A stretch of 63,111 bases of DNA, the filler included. It is 7 parts of 7 records of this genome, joined end to end, with 100 filler letters (N's around TTAATTAATTAA, not from the genome) between each part and the next. Parts side by side here need not be neighbours in the genome. Positions count along the whole stretch, not along the records: positions 37,399 to 42,773 come from SRR31147125_69938; positions 42,874 to 49,496 come from SRR31147125_70015; positions 49,597 to 57,736 come from SRR31147125_70019; 4 more parts are not named here. One strand, written 5' to 3'. Both the position numbers and the translations under genes were made by a program. Below are positions 40,063 to 50,659 of the stretch, in pieces (positions within the stretch are counted from its first letter, which is position 1; the number at the start of each line of letters is the position of its first letter). The notes under the pieces were generated by a model. The model was not told the origin of the DNA, ran no database searches, and saw only the letters and a program-made list of their open reading frames with translations.

Positions 40063-41386
40063 TTAAGCTCTGTTGCTAACAGCTCTTCTGAAACGGATAT
40101 ACATAATAAAGGTAATCAGGGAATCTACGGCAATCCCCGTGCCGAACATAAGGACGATCTTCGTCAGACTGGGGATGAACAATCCGTTTCTGAATAGGAT
40201 AAACAGAGTGCCGTAGAAGAGGGTGTTTACGATCAGGGATTGATAGAGCATCAGATCGGTTCTGCCCCGTCCGTAGAAGATGCTGTCAATCACATTGTTC
40301 AGAGCGAAGACGATGTAGAATCCCAGGGCGATCATCACCAGGCGAAATACCTTCTCATAGTCCTGATAGCCCAGAACCCTATGGAAGGAGGGCTTCCAGA
40401 GAGGGATGGATATGATCCAAAGGACGATGATGGCAAAGGTGATAAGAAAATCGCCCTTTACATTCTATCTGACCGCAGAAGGCGATTCGGAGCAGTCCCG
40501 TTTTATCAGCTCTCCCAGAGCGAGGACGGGAATTAGGAGCCAGCCCCAGATAATACTGTTCATAATCCAGAAGGTGCCCTGTTCCTGGACGACATTGATC
40601 AGTCTGATGATCATGATGATAAAGGCCGCGTTCCGGACGAATGATTCCAGCCCAGAGAGGCCGCCCGTCTTAAGCCAGTCCTTCAACCAGGCAATATCCA
40701 GATGGAAGCTCTTCGAGAAGAATCGAATGCCCTTACTCTTGAGCATATAAAACAGGATGAAGATCAGCGTACTGTATGTGATGATATTGCTGACGGCAAT
40801 CCCGTTAACCCCGATATTCATAGAGAAGGGCAGGCTGCTGAGAAGAAAAGTATCCAGCAATGCCGTGAGTATCATCTGAACAGCGAGGACTATGAGGAGG
40901 GCTTTCTCTTTCTTCAGGGAGATCAGAAGAAGCTGCAGATATCGGACGATTGCAAGAAGGAAAAGGGCTGCCCCTTCCAACTTGATATAGCTGACGGTCC
41001 GGTCGACCAGATCCGGCTTTTGGGCCATGAATCTTATCAGCGGTTCAGCTGTCGTCCAGGTGATGACAGATAGAGCGGCATAGAGAACGGCACATAGGAG
41101 CAGACCGTTGGATGCGGCGTTCTCAAATCTTACCCTCTCATGCAGATACTTACCCAACAGGAAGAACATGGGCAGCATGATGGCTTCGTGAACAACCTCA
41201 TAAGCCACATTGAGCCAGCTGAGCTGGGAGGCAATGTTATAGCCCCAGTCTCCAGGCAGGGCTCCCAGGTAGTGAATTCGCAATGTTGTATAAAGGGTTG
41301 GCAGCAGGAAAGTTAGAATAAGTACCGAAAAAAGCTTGAAATTGATATGCCTCAGTGGTAGGAGAAGGCGTTTGACTGGGATTGTG
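40063..41386 (-). pseudogene. MATE-family efflux transporter, 5' end removed by IS21 (plus internal indels)
   Basis: NIASQLSW, SGLESFVRN, WGWLLIPVLALGE, DSIFYGRG; the frame runs up to the IS end with no start codon. Confidence 0.75.
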
Positions 41387-41448
41387 TGTCAACAACGGCT
41401 AAAGAGTTCCTCATTTCAGCGGGTTAAGAGTTCCGCTTTTGGGTAAAA

Positions 41449-42213
41449 TTATACAGGATCAACGATCCCTATTTTCAACCGGTCTTTCATCCGGTATGAA
41501 TCTCCTTTAAGACTTAGCACATGAGCATGATGGAGGAGCCTATCGATAGTGGCCGTTGCAATAGTTTCATCGTCTAGAATCTCTGCCCATCGTCCAAATA
41601 GCTTATTGGTTGTCATGACGATGCTGCCCTGCTCGTAACGAGTATTCACCATTTGGAAAAATAGGTTTGCCTGCTCTTTTGTTAAATTCTCATAGCCGAC
41701 TTCATCAACCAGAATGAGATGTGGTTTTCTCAACCAGGTAAGCTTTCTCTTGAGACGGCCCTGTTCTCGGGCATGAGTCAGGTTTTCCATTAAATCGATG
41801 CAGCTTGTGTACCAGACTGTGTAACCATTTTGACAGGCCTTATGGGCCAGAGCCAGTATCAGATGTGTCTTTCCTAGGCCGCTGGGCCCCATCTGGACTA
41901 GGTTCTCTTTACGGTCAAGAAATGACAGACTGGAAAGCTCAGCGAACTGGGCTGCGGTTAAGCCTCCTTTCAGCCAGGAAAGATCAAAGTCTTCCAGGAG
42001 CTTGATCGACGGCATCCCTGATAGTTTGAGGCGATTCTTCGATGCTCGTTCTTTGCGGGGGATATATTCAATCTCAAGCAGATCTGCAATAGATTGTGTA
42101 AGGGTATTGTCTGCATGGGACTGTGCCTCCAGAAAGCTCTCCAGCCCTGCTGCCATGAACTCCAATCCCAAGTCATTCATTCTGCTTCCAATGGTCTCCT
42201 GCAACACATTCAT
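41449..42213 (-). CDS. istB: IS21 helper ATPase IstB
   Basis: GPSGLGKTHL, LVDEVGY, RYEQGSIVMTTN, DRLLHH, GDSYR. Confidence 0.95.
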   Translation of the reverse strand: MNVLQETIGSRMNDLGLEFMAAGLESFLEAQSHADNTLTQSIADLLEIEYIPRKERASKNRLKLSGMPSIKLLEDFDLSWLKGGLTAAQFAELSSLSFLDRKENLVQMGPSGLGKTHLILALAHKACQNGYTVWYTSCIDLMENLTHAREQGRLKRKLTWLRKPHLILVDEVGYENLTKEQANLFFQMVNTRYEQGSIVMTTNKLFGRWAEILDDETIATATIDRLLHHAHVLSLKGDSYRMKDRLKIGIVDPV

Positions 42214-42773
42214 ATTGCTACTCCAAAAAGCCTGTCATAGCGGTCAGGATGCCGCGTATCAACTTCAGTATCCTTCAAAGGCGAATGGGGAGTTCCCTTT
42301 GTTTCAGGGCCCCGAGCAACGATATTCCTTGTCGTTTTCCGATTCTCTTTCTTCCAGCGTTTGATCAAAGAATCTCGGTCTTCCTTACGAATAGATTCTG
42401 TTTTAGCGCCCTTAGCCAGAAGATCGAAGGTTCTTACTGATTCTCCATCGATGAAGATTTCGAAGGCTCTTCCAAGTGTGTCTATTTTCACAGTAGCAGT
42501 TTTACCAATGTGATCCGCCGGAACACTGTATCTATTTGTTTCATAACGGATTAAGCCTTCCCTAGAGACAAGTAACTCTTTAACCATCCTTACATCAGGA
42601 GCGGCAGTCAGATCCCAGGTGTTCATGAACTGCTTTTCATGCTCAAATCGTTCTTTCCGGGTTTGTCGGAACTGGCTCATCTGCTGTTCTACGACTGTGA
42701 TAATCCATCCAGCCACAGATTGATTCAAGTCGCTCAATGTAGCGGCGTTTACAGCCTCTTCTCTGATGAGGAA
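42210..42773 (-). CDS. istA: IS21 transposase IstA C-terminus (truncated)
   Basis: VSREGLIRYETNRYSVP; 4-bp overlap with istB. Confidence 0.85.
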   Translation of the reverse strand, partial: FLIREEAVNAATLSDLNQSVAGWIITVVEQQMSQFRQTRKERFEHEKQFMNTWDLTAAPDVRMVKELLVSREGLIRYETNRYSVPADHIGKTATVKIDTLGRAFEIFIDGESVRTFDLLAKGAKTESIRKEDRDSLIKRWKKENRKTTRNIVARGPETKGTPHSPLKDTEVDTRHPDRYDRLFGVAI

Positions 42774-42873
42774 NNNNNNNNNNNNNNNNNNNNNNNNNNN
42801 NNNNNNNNNNNNNNNNNTTAATTAATTAANNNNNNNNNNNNNNNNNNNNNNNNNNNNNNNNNNNNNNNNNNNN
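42774..42873. other. Artificial contig linker
   Basis: 44 N + TTAATTAATTAA + 44 N. Confidence 0.99.
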
Positions 42874-43280
42874 CGGGAATGAAGGTTTTACAATTTGCTT
42901 TTGACCCAAATGATGAGGAAAATCATTTACCATATGACTATGATAAAAATCTCGTCGTTTATACTGGTACTCATGATAATAATACAGTTGTTGGCTGGTA
43001 CAAAGCCGCCTGTGATAGAGATAGAACCCAAGCTAAAGAGTATCTAAATATACAACATGATAGAGATAACGTTCACTGGGATTTTATTAGAACTACTTGG
43101 GCATCTGTAGCAAACATTGCTATAATACCTATTCAAGACCTACTTGGCTTAGATGAATCTGCTAGAATGAATACACCTGCGACTTCATCTGGTAATTGGC
43201 AGTGGAGATACCAAAAAGCTTCACTTAATAAAAAATTGAGTATAAAATTAAAATTTTTAACAGATATTTACTTCAGGTAA
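42874..43280 (+). CDS. malQ: 4-alpha-glucanotransferase C-terminus (truncated)
   Basis: GMKVLQFAF, YTGTHDNNT, QDLLGL, RMNTP, GNWQWR. Confidence 0.95.
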
Positions 43281-43338
43281 GCTAAAATAAAGAGAGTAGG
43301 GACATTCATGAATTGTCCCTACTCTCTTTATTTTAGCT
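43280..43338. terminator. 25-bp-arm inverted repeat: bidirectional terminator with a GTAG-REP-like core
   Basis: AGCTAAAATAAAGAGAGTAGGGACA-N9-TGTCCCTACTCTCTTTATTTTAGCT between convergent genes. Confidence 0.85.
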
Positions 43339-43355
43339 CCTATTTGTATCTATAT

Positions 43356-45014
43356 TTATACCGTTCTGTATTGTCCATCTTTTTTACTTCCAACTACTCG
43401 ATTTCTACCTGTATTTTTCCCTTGATAAAGAGCCATATCAGCATGGGCGATATTATCATCGAGGCTTAGAGTAGAGTTATATTCTGTAACTCCAAACGTC
43501 ATAGTGCAATTAAATACATGTTGCTCATACTCTATAGTTTTCATCTCTATTAATCTTCGCAGTCTATCTGCCACTTTCATTGCGTCTCTAAATGAAGTCT
43601 CTACGAGAAGTATTACAAACTCCTCTCCTCCCCATCTTCCTACAAAGTCAATTTCTTTTACGTTTTCTTTCATTAAGCTAGCAAGCTCTTTCAATACATA
43701 ATCTCCACAGTCATGACCGTAGGTATCATTTACTCTTTTAAAATAATCGATGTCACATATCATAACAGAAAACTCACTTTTTTTCCTATTTGCTCTTGAG
43801 TGCTCTTTTACTATCTCATCTACTATTCCACGTCTATTCAATAGCCCTGTTAAGTGGTCCGTTTTCGATTCCTCTTCTAGCTTACTTGTAGTTCTTTTTA
43901 ATGTTCTTACAACTTTCTCTAACTCTTTTTCAGATTTTTTTCTAGAATAAAGTTCGTAATATATTATTAATAAGGCAAAAGCAATTATTAGCATCGGTGA
44001 TACTTCTAGAAAAATCTTATTGTTAAGAATTGATTTCTTTTGGTACATATAGATATTCCAAGGAGTCCCATCTATTTTTCGCTTAACAATGTAGTAGTTC
44101 ACTATTGATTCAACTTTATCAAAATCTTTTAATTTATTGATTCTCTCAAAACTCATACCTTTTGGCATAATTTTTTTGATATTTAACACTTCTTCACTAT
44201 ACTGCTCTTCATAATTTGATATTCCAAGCAGATTATTATTTCCATCTGCTAATATCACTCCTGATGCATTTGCGGTGTTTTCTAACAATATTGCACTTAG
44301 TGCCTTTATCGTAAAGTCAAAAGCTATGACACCTCTAAATTTATTTTCGGCATAAACAGGTAGCGATAATGTGGTAATTATCCCTAGCCCACTATCATCT
44401 CTATACGGAGCTGACCACTCAGCTTTTATAGTATTTGGTTCAAGAGTTTTAGCTTTTTTATAATACTCTTTCATGAATAATTTATCTGAATAATGAAATT
44501 CATCAGAAGAGATCCAAGGATAAATATGTAGCATTTTTGCTTCGGAAATGTAATAAATCCTTCCTAAATGTTTCGAATTATCCCATATCTCTTTATAACT
44601 CTCATTTAATCTTAGAGACATGCTTATTTCATGAGCTAGCTCCTTATCATTTTCATAATCTCCCTGACCTGTTATATTCCCAATATCTTTATGCAGATTT
44701 TTTAGTATCGCTTCATCCATACTAAAGCTTCTACTTTCCGAGTTTTTCTTTGATAATAAATCGAAATATGGATAACTTTCTATTTGGAACTCAGTAGAGA
44801 TATTTTCTAGGTAAGATTCACTTAATCTTTTCAGTGATTGTAAACCTAACTCATTTATTCTCACATTTGATTCAATATATTTTTTACTATTATCTGCCTC
44901 ATTTCTCATAAACTCTAGTTTACTGCTCCTATTTGAACTAAAAAAGTATGAAAATATAAAAAATGATAAGCATATCATAACCAAAAAACTGGTTTTCAAC
45001 AGAAATTTTTTCAT
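43356..45014 (-). CDS. Cache-sensor diguanylate cyclase
   Basis: Two TM helices, WSAPYRD Cache motif, TDHLTGLLNRR, DIDYFK, RWGGEEF. Confidence 0.92.
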   Translation of the reverse strand: MKKFLLKTSFLVMICLSFFIFSYFFSSNRSSKLEFMRNEADNSKKYIESNVRINELGLQSLKRLSESYLENISTEFQIESYPYFDLLSKKNSESRSFSMDEAILKNLHKDIGNITGQGDYENDKELAHEISMSLRLNESYKEIWDNSKHLGRIYYISEAKMLHIYPWISSDEFHYSDKLFMKEYYKKAKTLEPNTIKAEWSAPYRDDSGLGIITTLSLPVYAENKFRGVIAFDFTIKALSAILLENTANASGVILADGNNNLLGISNYEEQYSEEVLNIKKIMPKGMSFERINKLKDFDKVESIVNYYIVKRKIDGTPWNIYMYQKKSILNNKIFLEVSPMLIIAFALLIIYYELYSRKKSEKELEKVVRTLKRTTSKLEEESKTDHLTGLLNRRGIVDEIVKEHSRANRKKSEFSVMICDIDYFKRVNDTYGHDCGDYVLKELASLMKENVKEIDFVGRWGGEEFVILLVETSFRDAMKVADRLRRLIEMKTIEYEQHVFNCTMTFGVTEYNSTLSLDDNIAHADMALYQGKNTGRNRVVGSKKDGQYRTV

Positions 45015-45038
45015 AATAATCCTTTCAGAATATAATAA

Positions 45039-46226
45039 TTATTTTTTTAGTAATAAAAAATACACAGCAGTAACTAAAACTAGGTTTACAATAATTAAAA
45101 TTTTATTGAAAAAATCCTTCCTGAAACTTCTTTTCTTCTCTATCTCAATAGTTCTATTAATTGCCTCTATCTCCTCTTTCATTTTATTTATCTCTTCTCT
45201 ATTGGAAATAGCGGCATCTTTTACCTCAGTTATATCTCTTCTTGGCTTAGTAGCCTTTACTATCTGTTTTACATCTTTTTTTATCAAACTAAACAAGCTA
45301 TTGCTCCCTTCTGATAATATTTTGAATAGTATCTTTGTACTTTATCTCATTTATTAAATCAAGAGCTTTCTTTCTACTTTTTTTCTACTCTCTCTTTCAT
45401 CAAACTCTGAAGAATATTTACAATAGTCCTTCGTAATAAGTCCTAGTCTAAGTGATAATAATGCATTACAAGTTCCGTCAAATATACTGTCTGCTATACG
45501 GGCAGTTATCTTTGATAGCATCGGCATACCGTTCATGGCTTTTGATAGAAGTGATTGCACTATCTCCTGAATTGAGACCTCTGATACACCAGCCGCTGCC
45601 AGTACATTCCCAAATACACTTACGTATAGATTAAACATCTCGTTTATACTTGGTTTTTGATTGTAATAATGGGCTATTTTCCAAATCATCTCTATCTCTA
45701 TTTTTAGCACAAATACAATATCAAGAGTCCCATTCTGTGAAATTGCTGTAGATGTAAATACAGCTCCAGCATATTTTTTTATCATTTTATCTACTTCTTT
45801 ATCGATATCATTTTCTATATCAGCTAAGCTATCTTTTATACCATGGATGCTGTCAGCATTTTTTAACACTTCCAATTTATCCTTGTCTACGTTTCGTCTA
45901 AATTTACTATTTTTTCGCTCACACTCTTTTATTACTCTATTTTTATAAGTATAATAAAATTCTCGTTTATCTTCAGGTGAAGAGTTCACATGTGGTCTTT
46001 TTAGAGCTTTTGGTAAAAAAAATAGTGTTATCACAGGATAAAATGTAAATATCGCAACCAAAGCAAAAAATCCCCATGCCATGATATAACCATATTTAAA
46101 AGTCATCCCTGCAGAAATGGCAAGTTGATTTAACTGATTAAAAAGTATAAGCGCTCCAAATATAGTCATCCCAATAATAAAGGGAATCAAGGTTCTCCAT
46201 AATATTTTTCTCATTCCATACCTCAC
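45039..46226 (-). CDS. YcjF/DUF697-like membrane protein (ORFs 45354-46226 and 45039-45296 are probably one gene)
   Basis: STAISQNGTLD, DGTCNALLSLRLG; frames can be joined at A-runs. Confidence 0.6.
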
Positions 46227-46251
46227 TTTTATTAAAGCTATATTCTAAATA

Positions 46252-47907
46252 TTAAATCTCAGTTCTGTTTCTTCCATTTTCTTTTGCTTTATATAGTAAA
46301 TCATCTACTTCAGCTATAAACGTATCAAGGTCTCTTTTAGTATTATACTCTCTTATTCCCGAGCTAATCGTTACTTTTAATCCATCAATACCCCAGCTTG
46401 TAGTCTCAAGAGTTTCTCGCAATCTCTCAACCATTTTATACGCTGAGTCAATATTGGTCTGGGGAAGAACTAACATAAATTCCTCTCCTCCGTATCTAGC
46501 CGCGATATCACTTTTACGGAGCTGTTTAATTAGGAGCTTACCCATTGCAGATAAAACGTCATCTCCCACTTGATGTCCATATGTATCATTAATTTTCTTA
46601 AAAAAATCAATATCCAATAAAACTATAGAAAAAAATGATCCGTATCTATCAGCTTTATCCTGTTCTTCATTTAGTCTATGAAACAAGTATTTTCTATTAT
46701 AAAGTTTCGTTAATTCGTCAGTAATAGCTACTCTAATTAGCTTCTTCTCGCGGACAAGAACCTCTTTTTTCAGCTTATTAACTGTCTCTGCTATATCGGT
46801 TAATTCATCTTTACCTGTTAATTTGATATCCTTTACTTTATATTCTCCACTTTTTATCTTATTAAGCACAGCTATTAGAACATCTAGCTTTTTTTCAATT
46901 ATAAGTTTAAACAGTATTGAAGATATCGCTATTGATATCACTACTATTAATAGACCTAGTTTCCAAACTCTATTCAAACTATTATTAATATATTCAACCT
47001 TTTCTTTGAAATCATACGATATTTTAATAATAACGGAAAAATCTAACTCTTTTTCTTTTATATCAATTATTTTCAACTTAGTAAATTTATATTTTTCAGG
47101 ATTTATCCTAAAAAAACTATTGTCATAATTAGTCTCTTTTTTATACAACCCTTTATTGTTCAAATTCTCAAGTTCTTTATCAGTTAACATACCATCTAAA
47201 GAAATTCCCTGCTTAAGCATAGACCACATCTTTCCACTCTTGTAAAATATATCAATATCCTCTAAATATTCCGCGGTACCATAGTCAAATACATTTCTCA
47301 AAAGAGAAGTACTTTTAAACTCTTGAGAGTAATATTTTTGCAAATAGCCCATATAATCAACTTCTGTAAAAACAGTGTATGAGCTATATTTTGGTTTAAA
47401 AAATGACATTAGTACAAGTTTTCCCGTTGAAGAGTGGGGGATAATTTCGGCGTTAACAAGTTCTCCGTTTGATAAATTCTTTTCTATAACTTTTTTCCCT
47501 ATAGAACCAAATATATTCTCTATGCTTTTCTCTTCTGAGGCTTCATTACTACTATATTTTATATCTCCATCTGAATCAACAAAGTATATATTATCAAAAG
47601 TTGTATCCTTGATAATATATTGTAACTCGCCACTACTCCAACTTTTTCTCGTTTTCGTAATCATATTTATACTCTGAATATCTGTTTCAAACATTGGTTT
47701 ATCATGAGTAAAAAATACGTTATTTCCTGAATAAAACCCACGAATATATTCTTCTGCTTCTCTCTCCAGATAGTTTTCTAATTCTAACTCTTCAGTTTTT
47801 ACATAGTTATCTAGCTTTTTTCTCTCAAACGAGATTGTCGAAAAATAAAAAGCAGCATTTGCCACTATTAATAAAATAATTATATATAATATAAATTTTT
47901 TCTTCAA
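46252..47907 (-). CDS. Membrane-bound HAMP-GGDEF diguanylate cyclase
   Basis: Two TM helices, KDELTDIA HAMP, TDELTKLYNRK, RYGGEEF. Confidence 0.92.
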   Translation of the reverse strand: MKKKFILYIIILLIVANAAFYFSTISFERKKLDNYVKTEELELENYLEREAEEYIRGFYSGNNVFFTHDKPMFETDIQSINMITKTRKSWSSGELQYIIKDTTFDNIYFVDSDGDIKYSSNEASEEKSIENIFGSIGKKVIEKNLSNGELVNAEIIPHSSTGKLVLMSFFKPKYSSYTVFTEVDYMGYLQKYYSQEFKSTSLLRNVFDYGTAEYLEDIDIFYKSGKMWSMLKQGISLDGMLTDKELENLNNKGLYKKETNYDNSFFRINPEKYKFTKLKIIDIKEKELDFSVIIKISYDFKEKVEYINNSLNRVWKLGLLIVVISIAISSILFKLIIEKKLDVLIAVLNKIKSGEYKVKDIKLTGKDELTDIAETVNKLKKEVLVREKKLIRVAITDELTKLYNRKYLFHRLNEEQDKADRYGSFFSIVLLDIDFFKKINDTYGHQVGDDVLSAMGKLLIKQLRKSDIAARYGGEEFMLVLPQTNIDSAYKMVERLRETLETTSWGIDGLKVTISSGIREYNTKRDLDTFIAEVDDLLYKAKENGRNRTEI

Positions 47908-48114
47908 TTTCCCACCCCACGAGCTTAATACTTAAAGCTCTTCCTTCATCAAGTAATTCCTAGCAAGTAATGCAATTTTATGTTATTTACTACTCTTTAA
48001 TATACTTCATCTTCCTTAAAAGAAGCTGAACTAATTTTAAGGCATACTTATTATAAAATAACGGCATATTTCCTCTCAATCGTTAATGTTTATTTGAGGT
48101 TTTAAACATTTATC

Positions 48115-48798
48115 CTAAAATTCCCGCATTAAATCTTCCATTTGATTTTTTGTCACCAATATTTTTCCCTTAAATATCGAGATTTGATTTTTATCTTTCA
48201 AAGTTTTGATATTTCTATCTATTGTCCTTTTACTAATTCCCAGCTCGTCAGACATCTGTGTTCTAGTCTTTTCAACTACTGCAAACTCACTAGTTCTTAG
48301 ATTATTAGCACACTCCTCAACAATAAACTCCTTTAGCGTCACAATTGCTGGTTGGTAGTTGTGCGAACCTCTCTTTTGTGACACTGGGTACATTTTTTTA
48401 GCTAACATCTGCGCTTCCCAATAGCTAGCCTTGTTGTCATTTTCCATCCAGTTCAAGAAATCATCCTTCGTCATCTTAATAAGAGTGCACTCATCTATCG
48501 CTTCAACTGCAACTGGCGCATATTTTTTACCCGCTAGTACAGCCATGTCAGCTACCAAATCAACTGGTTCATGTTTCGCCAAAATATATCTTTTTCCATC
48601 TTCAAATTCATTTAACACATATACTGCTCCCTCAACTTGAATATAAACATGAGTAATTTCACTACTTTTTTCTAATATCATTTCGCCTTTTTCAAATTTA
48701 ACAATTGATAGTTTTATTTTTATATCTTTCGACATATTTGCTAGTAAATTCCTAATATCTTCTCTATTTTCTATTATCTGAATCAATTTTTTATCCAT
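48115..48798 (-). CDS. Crp/Fnr-family transcriptional regulator
   Basis: cNMP-like domain plus HTH TRTQMSDELGISKRTIDR. Confidence 0.88.
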   Translation of the reverse strand: MDKKLIQIIENREDIRNLLANMSKDIKIKLSIVKFEKGEMILEKSSEITHVYIQVEGAVYVLNEFEDGKRYILAKHEPVDLVADMAVLAGKKYAPVAVEAIDECTLIKMTKDDFLNWMENDNKASYWEAQMLAKKMYPVSQKRGSHNYQPAIVTLKEFIVEECANNLRTSEFAVVEKTRTQMSDELGISKRTIDRNIKTLKDKNQISIFKGKILVTKNQMEDLMREF

Positions 48799-48952
48799 CT
48801 TTTCTCCCAGGTTTTTTCATTAAAAACTAATTTATGTTAATCATATTATTATATCATAGAAAAAACGCCATGTGTCCTTTTTTTACAATCTAAAATATGG
48901 TATATTTAAGAAAAATAAGATATTTATAAATAGTAATATAGGGAGAAAAAAA

Positions 48953-49177
48953 TTGAATTGGATAGATATTATAGGCTATGTGGCTTCAGGATTAATACTT
49001 TTTGCATCAATGATGAGCTCAATTGAAAAGCTTAGATTTGTAAATCTTTTGGGCTGTATTTTATTTGCATATTACGGCTTCAAAATAGGATCTTTACCTA
49101 CTGGGCTGATGAACGGTGGAATAGCTCTTATCAACATTTATCATTTACAAAAACTTAGTAGAAAAAATAAGAATTGA
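48953..49177 (+). CDS. YgjV-like small inner-membrane protein
   Basis: IIGYVAS..SMMSSIEKLRFVNLLGC..N..I..INIYHL; GGGAG RBS before TTG. Confidence 0.75.
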   Translation: MNWIDIIGYVASGLILFASMMSSIEKLRFVNLLGCILFAYYGFKIGSLPTGLMNGGIALINIYHLQKLSRKNKN

Positions 49178-49256
49178 ATAGTATAATAGTAAGAGTTCCG
49201 TTAATTATATCGACGAACAAAAAATATAATAAATTATTAATATTGGGAGGCTAAAA

Positions 49257-49496
49257 ATGTACGATAAAGTAGTAGAAACAGCAGAATTTTTAAAAAAGAA
49301 AGTAAATTATAGACCAAAAATAGGAGTAATTTTAGGGTCTGGTTTAGGTGATTTAGTTGAACATATGGAAGAAACTATAACTATTCCTTATGAAGAAATC
49401 CCTAATTTTCCAGTGTCGACTGTAAAAGGACATGCTGGAGAAATAGTATTTGGTAAAATCAAAGGTGTTGAAGTATTAGTACTAAAAGGGAGGTTC
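49257..49496 (+). CDS. punA: Purine nucleoside phosphorylase N-terminus (truncated)
   Basis: GVILGSGLG, IPYEEIPNFPVSTVKGHAG, GRF. Confidence 0.95.
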
Positions 49497-49596
49497 NNNN
49501 NNNNNNNNNNNNNNNNNNNNNNNNNNNNNNNNNNNNNNNNTTAATTAATTAANNNNNNNNNNNNNNNNNNNNNNNNNNNNNNNNNNNNNNNNNNNN
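49497..49596. other. Artificial contig linker
   Basis: 44 N + TTAATTAATTAA + 44 N. Confidence 0.99.
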
Positions 49597-49960
49597 GAAC
49601 AGGTTCTTGGCCACCTGCTGGGTGATGGTGCCGGCCCCTCGAGGGCGTGCCCTGTACCGGTTCTCCTTCATCGCCTTTTCAACCGCCTCGAAATCAATCC
49701 CCCAATGATCCAGAAAGCGCTGATCTTCCGAGTCCACTACTGCAATGGGCAACTCCGGAGAGATCTTGTCCATGGGTACCCATTGGTACGCCACTGGATT
49801 TCCCTTGAGCCTGTGCCAAAGCATGAAGACGCTGGTGGGAACGGGAACCCAGCGCAATCCCGTCTCCCTTCAGCACGGTGAGCCGGCGATTGGGCTTCGG
49901 CGCCCTTTGCCGCTCCTGCATCTCGAAATAGTCTGACCAGAATAGTTTGGTTCGGAACAT
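49597..49960 (-). CDS. mtgA: Monofunctional peptidoglycan transglycosylase (truncated, frameshifted)
   Basis: SEDQRFLDHWGID, RGAGTITQQVAKNLF. Confidence 0.88.
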
Positions 49961-50103
49961 GATTGGATATCTCTGCAAGGTCACTGAGCAGCCCGGCTGA
50001 GAATCAACCGGATGTCTGCCGATGAATTGCGGGCTGAGTCTCAAGGAAGAGGATGTTGCAGATAATTCATTTTTCAAAGAGGCCCGGTGGATAACTTTAA
50101 ATG

Positions 50104-50529
50104 CTACGCCCGATAATGCTCCTTCAGTGCAAACCCCCATGAAAACGAAAGCCCCAGCTCTTCCGAGCCGCCGATACGGACGGCCGCCAGAAAGGCTGAG
50201 GCCAGAAATTTCTTCATTCCAGCCTTGGTCACTAAGTCACTGTAAAACTTCAAGTCAACCCTTTCCCGTTCGATATCGTTTCCCGGCTCACCGTAACTGT
50301 AGCACAGGTCATGCGGCAAACAGCATTTGTAGGTAATCTCTTCCCAATTGCACCCGGTAAAGAGTCCCAGCAGCTCATCCGGAACGCCTGTGCAGCCGTC
50401 GAACTCCCAACTGCCATATTGATCCGCATTCTCGCCAATCCGCTTTACCAGGTAATCCAGTTGGAAATGGCGGCACAGTTCCAGCGCCTTCTCTGTTGTA
50501 ATCATCTCGCCGACTTTGGGAAACACCAT
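50104..50529 (-). CDS. Phospholipase A2-like protein
   Basis: FDGCTGVPD, CCLPHDLCY, VD..F, AVRIGG. Confidence 0.6.
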   Translation of the reverse strand: MVFPKVGEMITTEKALELCRHFQLDYLVKRIGENADQYGSWEFDGCTGVPDELLGLFTGCNWEEITYKCCLPHDLCYSYGEPGNDIERERVDLKFYSDLVTKAGMKKFLASAFLAAVRIGGSEELGLSFSWGFALKEHYRA

Positions 50530-50659
50530 CCGACCTCCTACGAGATTTCGCATGAAACATAGCCTGCCACCCCACACCAACCATGTAGGGGCGGCTTTAC
50601 GCCCGCCCGGATCGGTAGCGCATATACCTTAACTCAATGGCATTGTCTTTAAGGTAGCG

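Larger units (their letters stand above)
41387..42773 (-). mobile_element. IS21-family insertion sequence (right part)
   Basis: istA-istB pair; terminus TGTCAAC with tandem subterminal repeats GGCTAAAGAGTTCC / GGGTTAAGAGTTCC. Confidence 0.9.
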
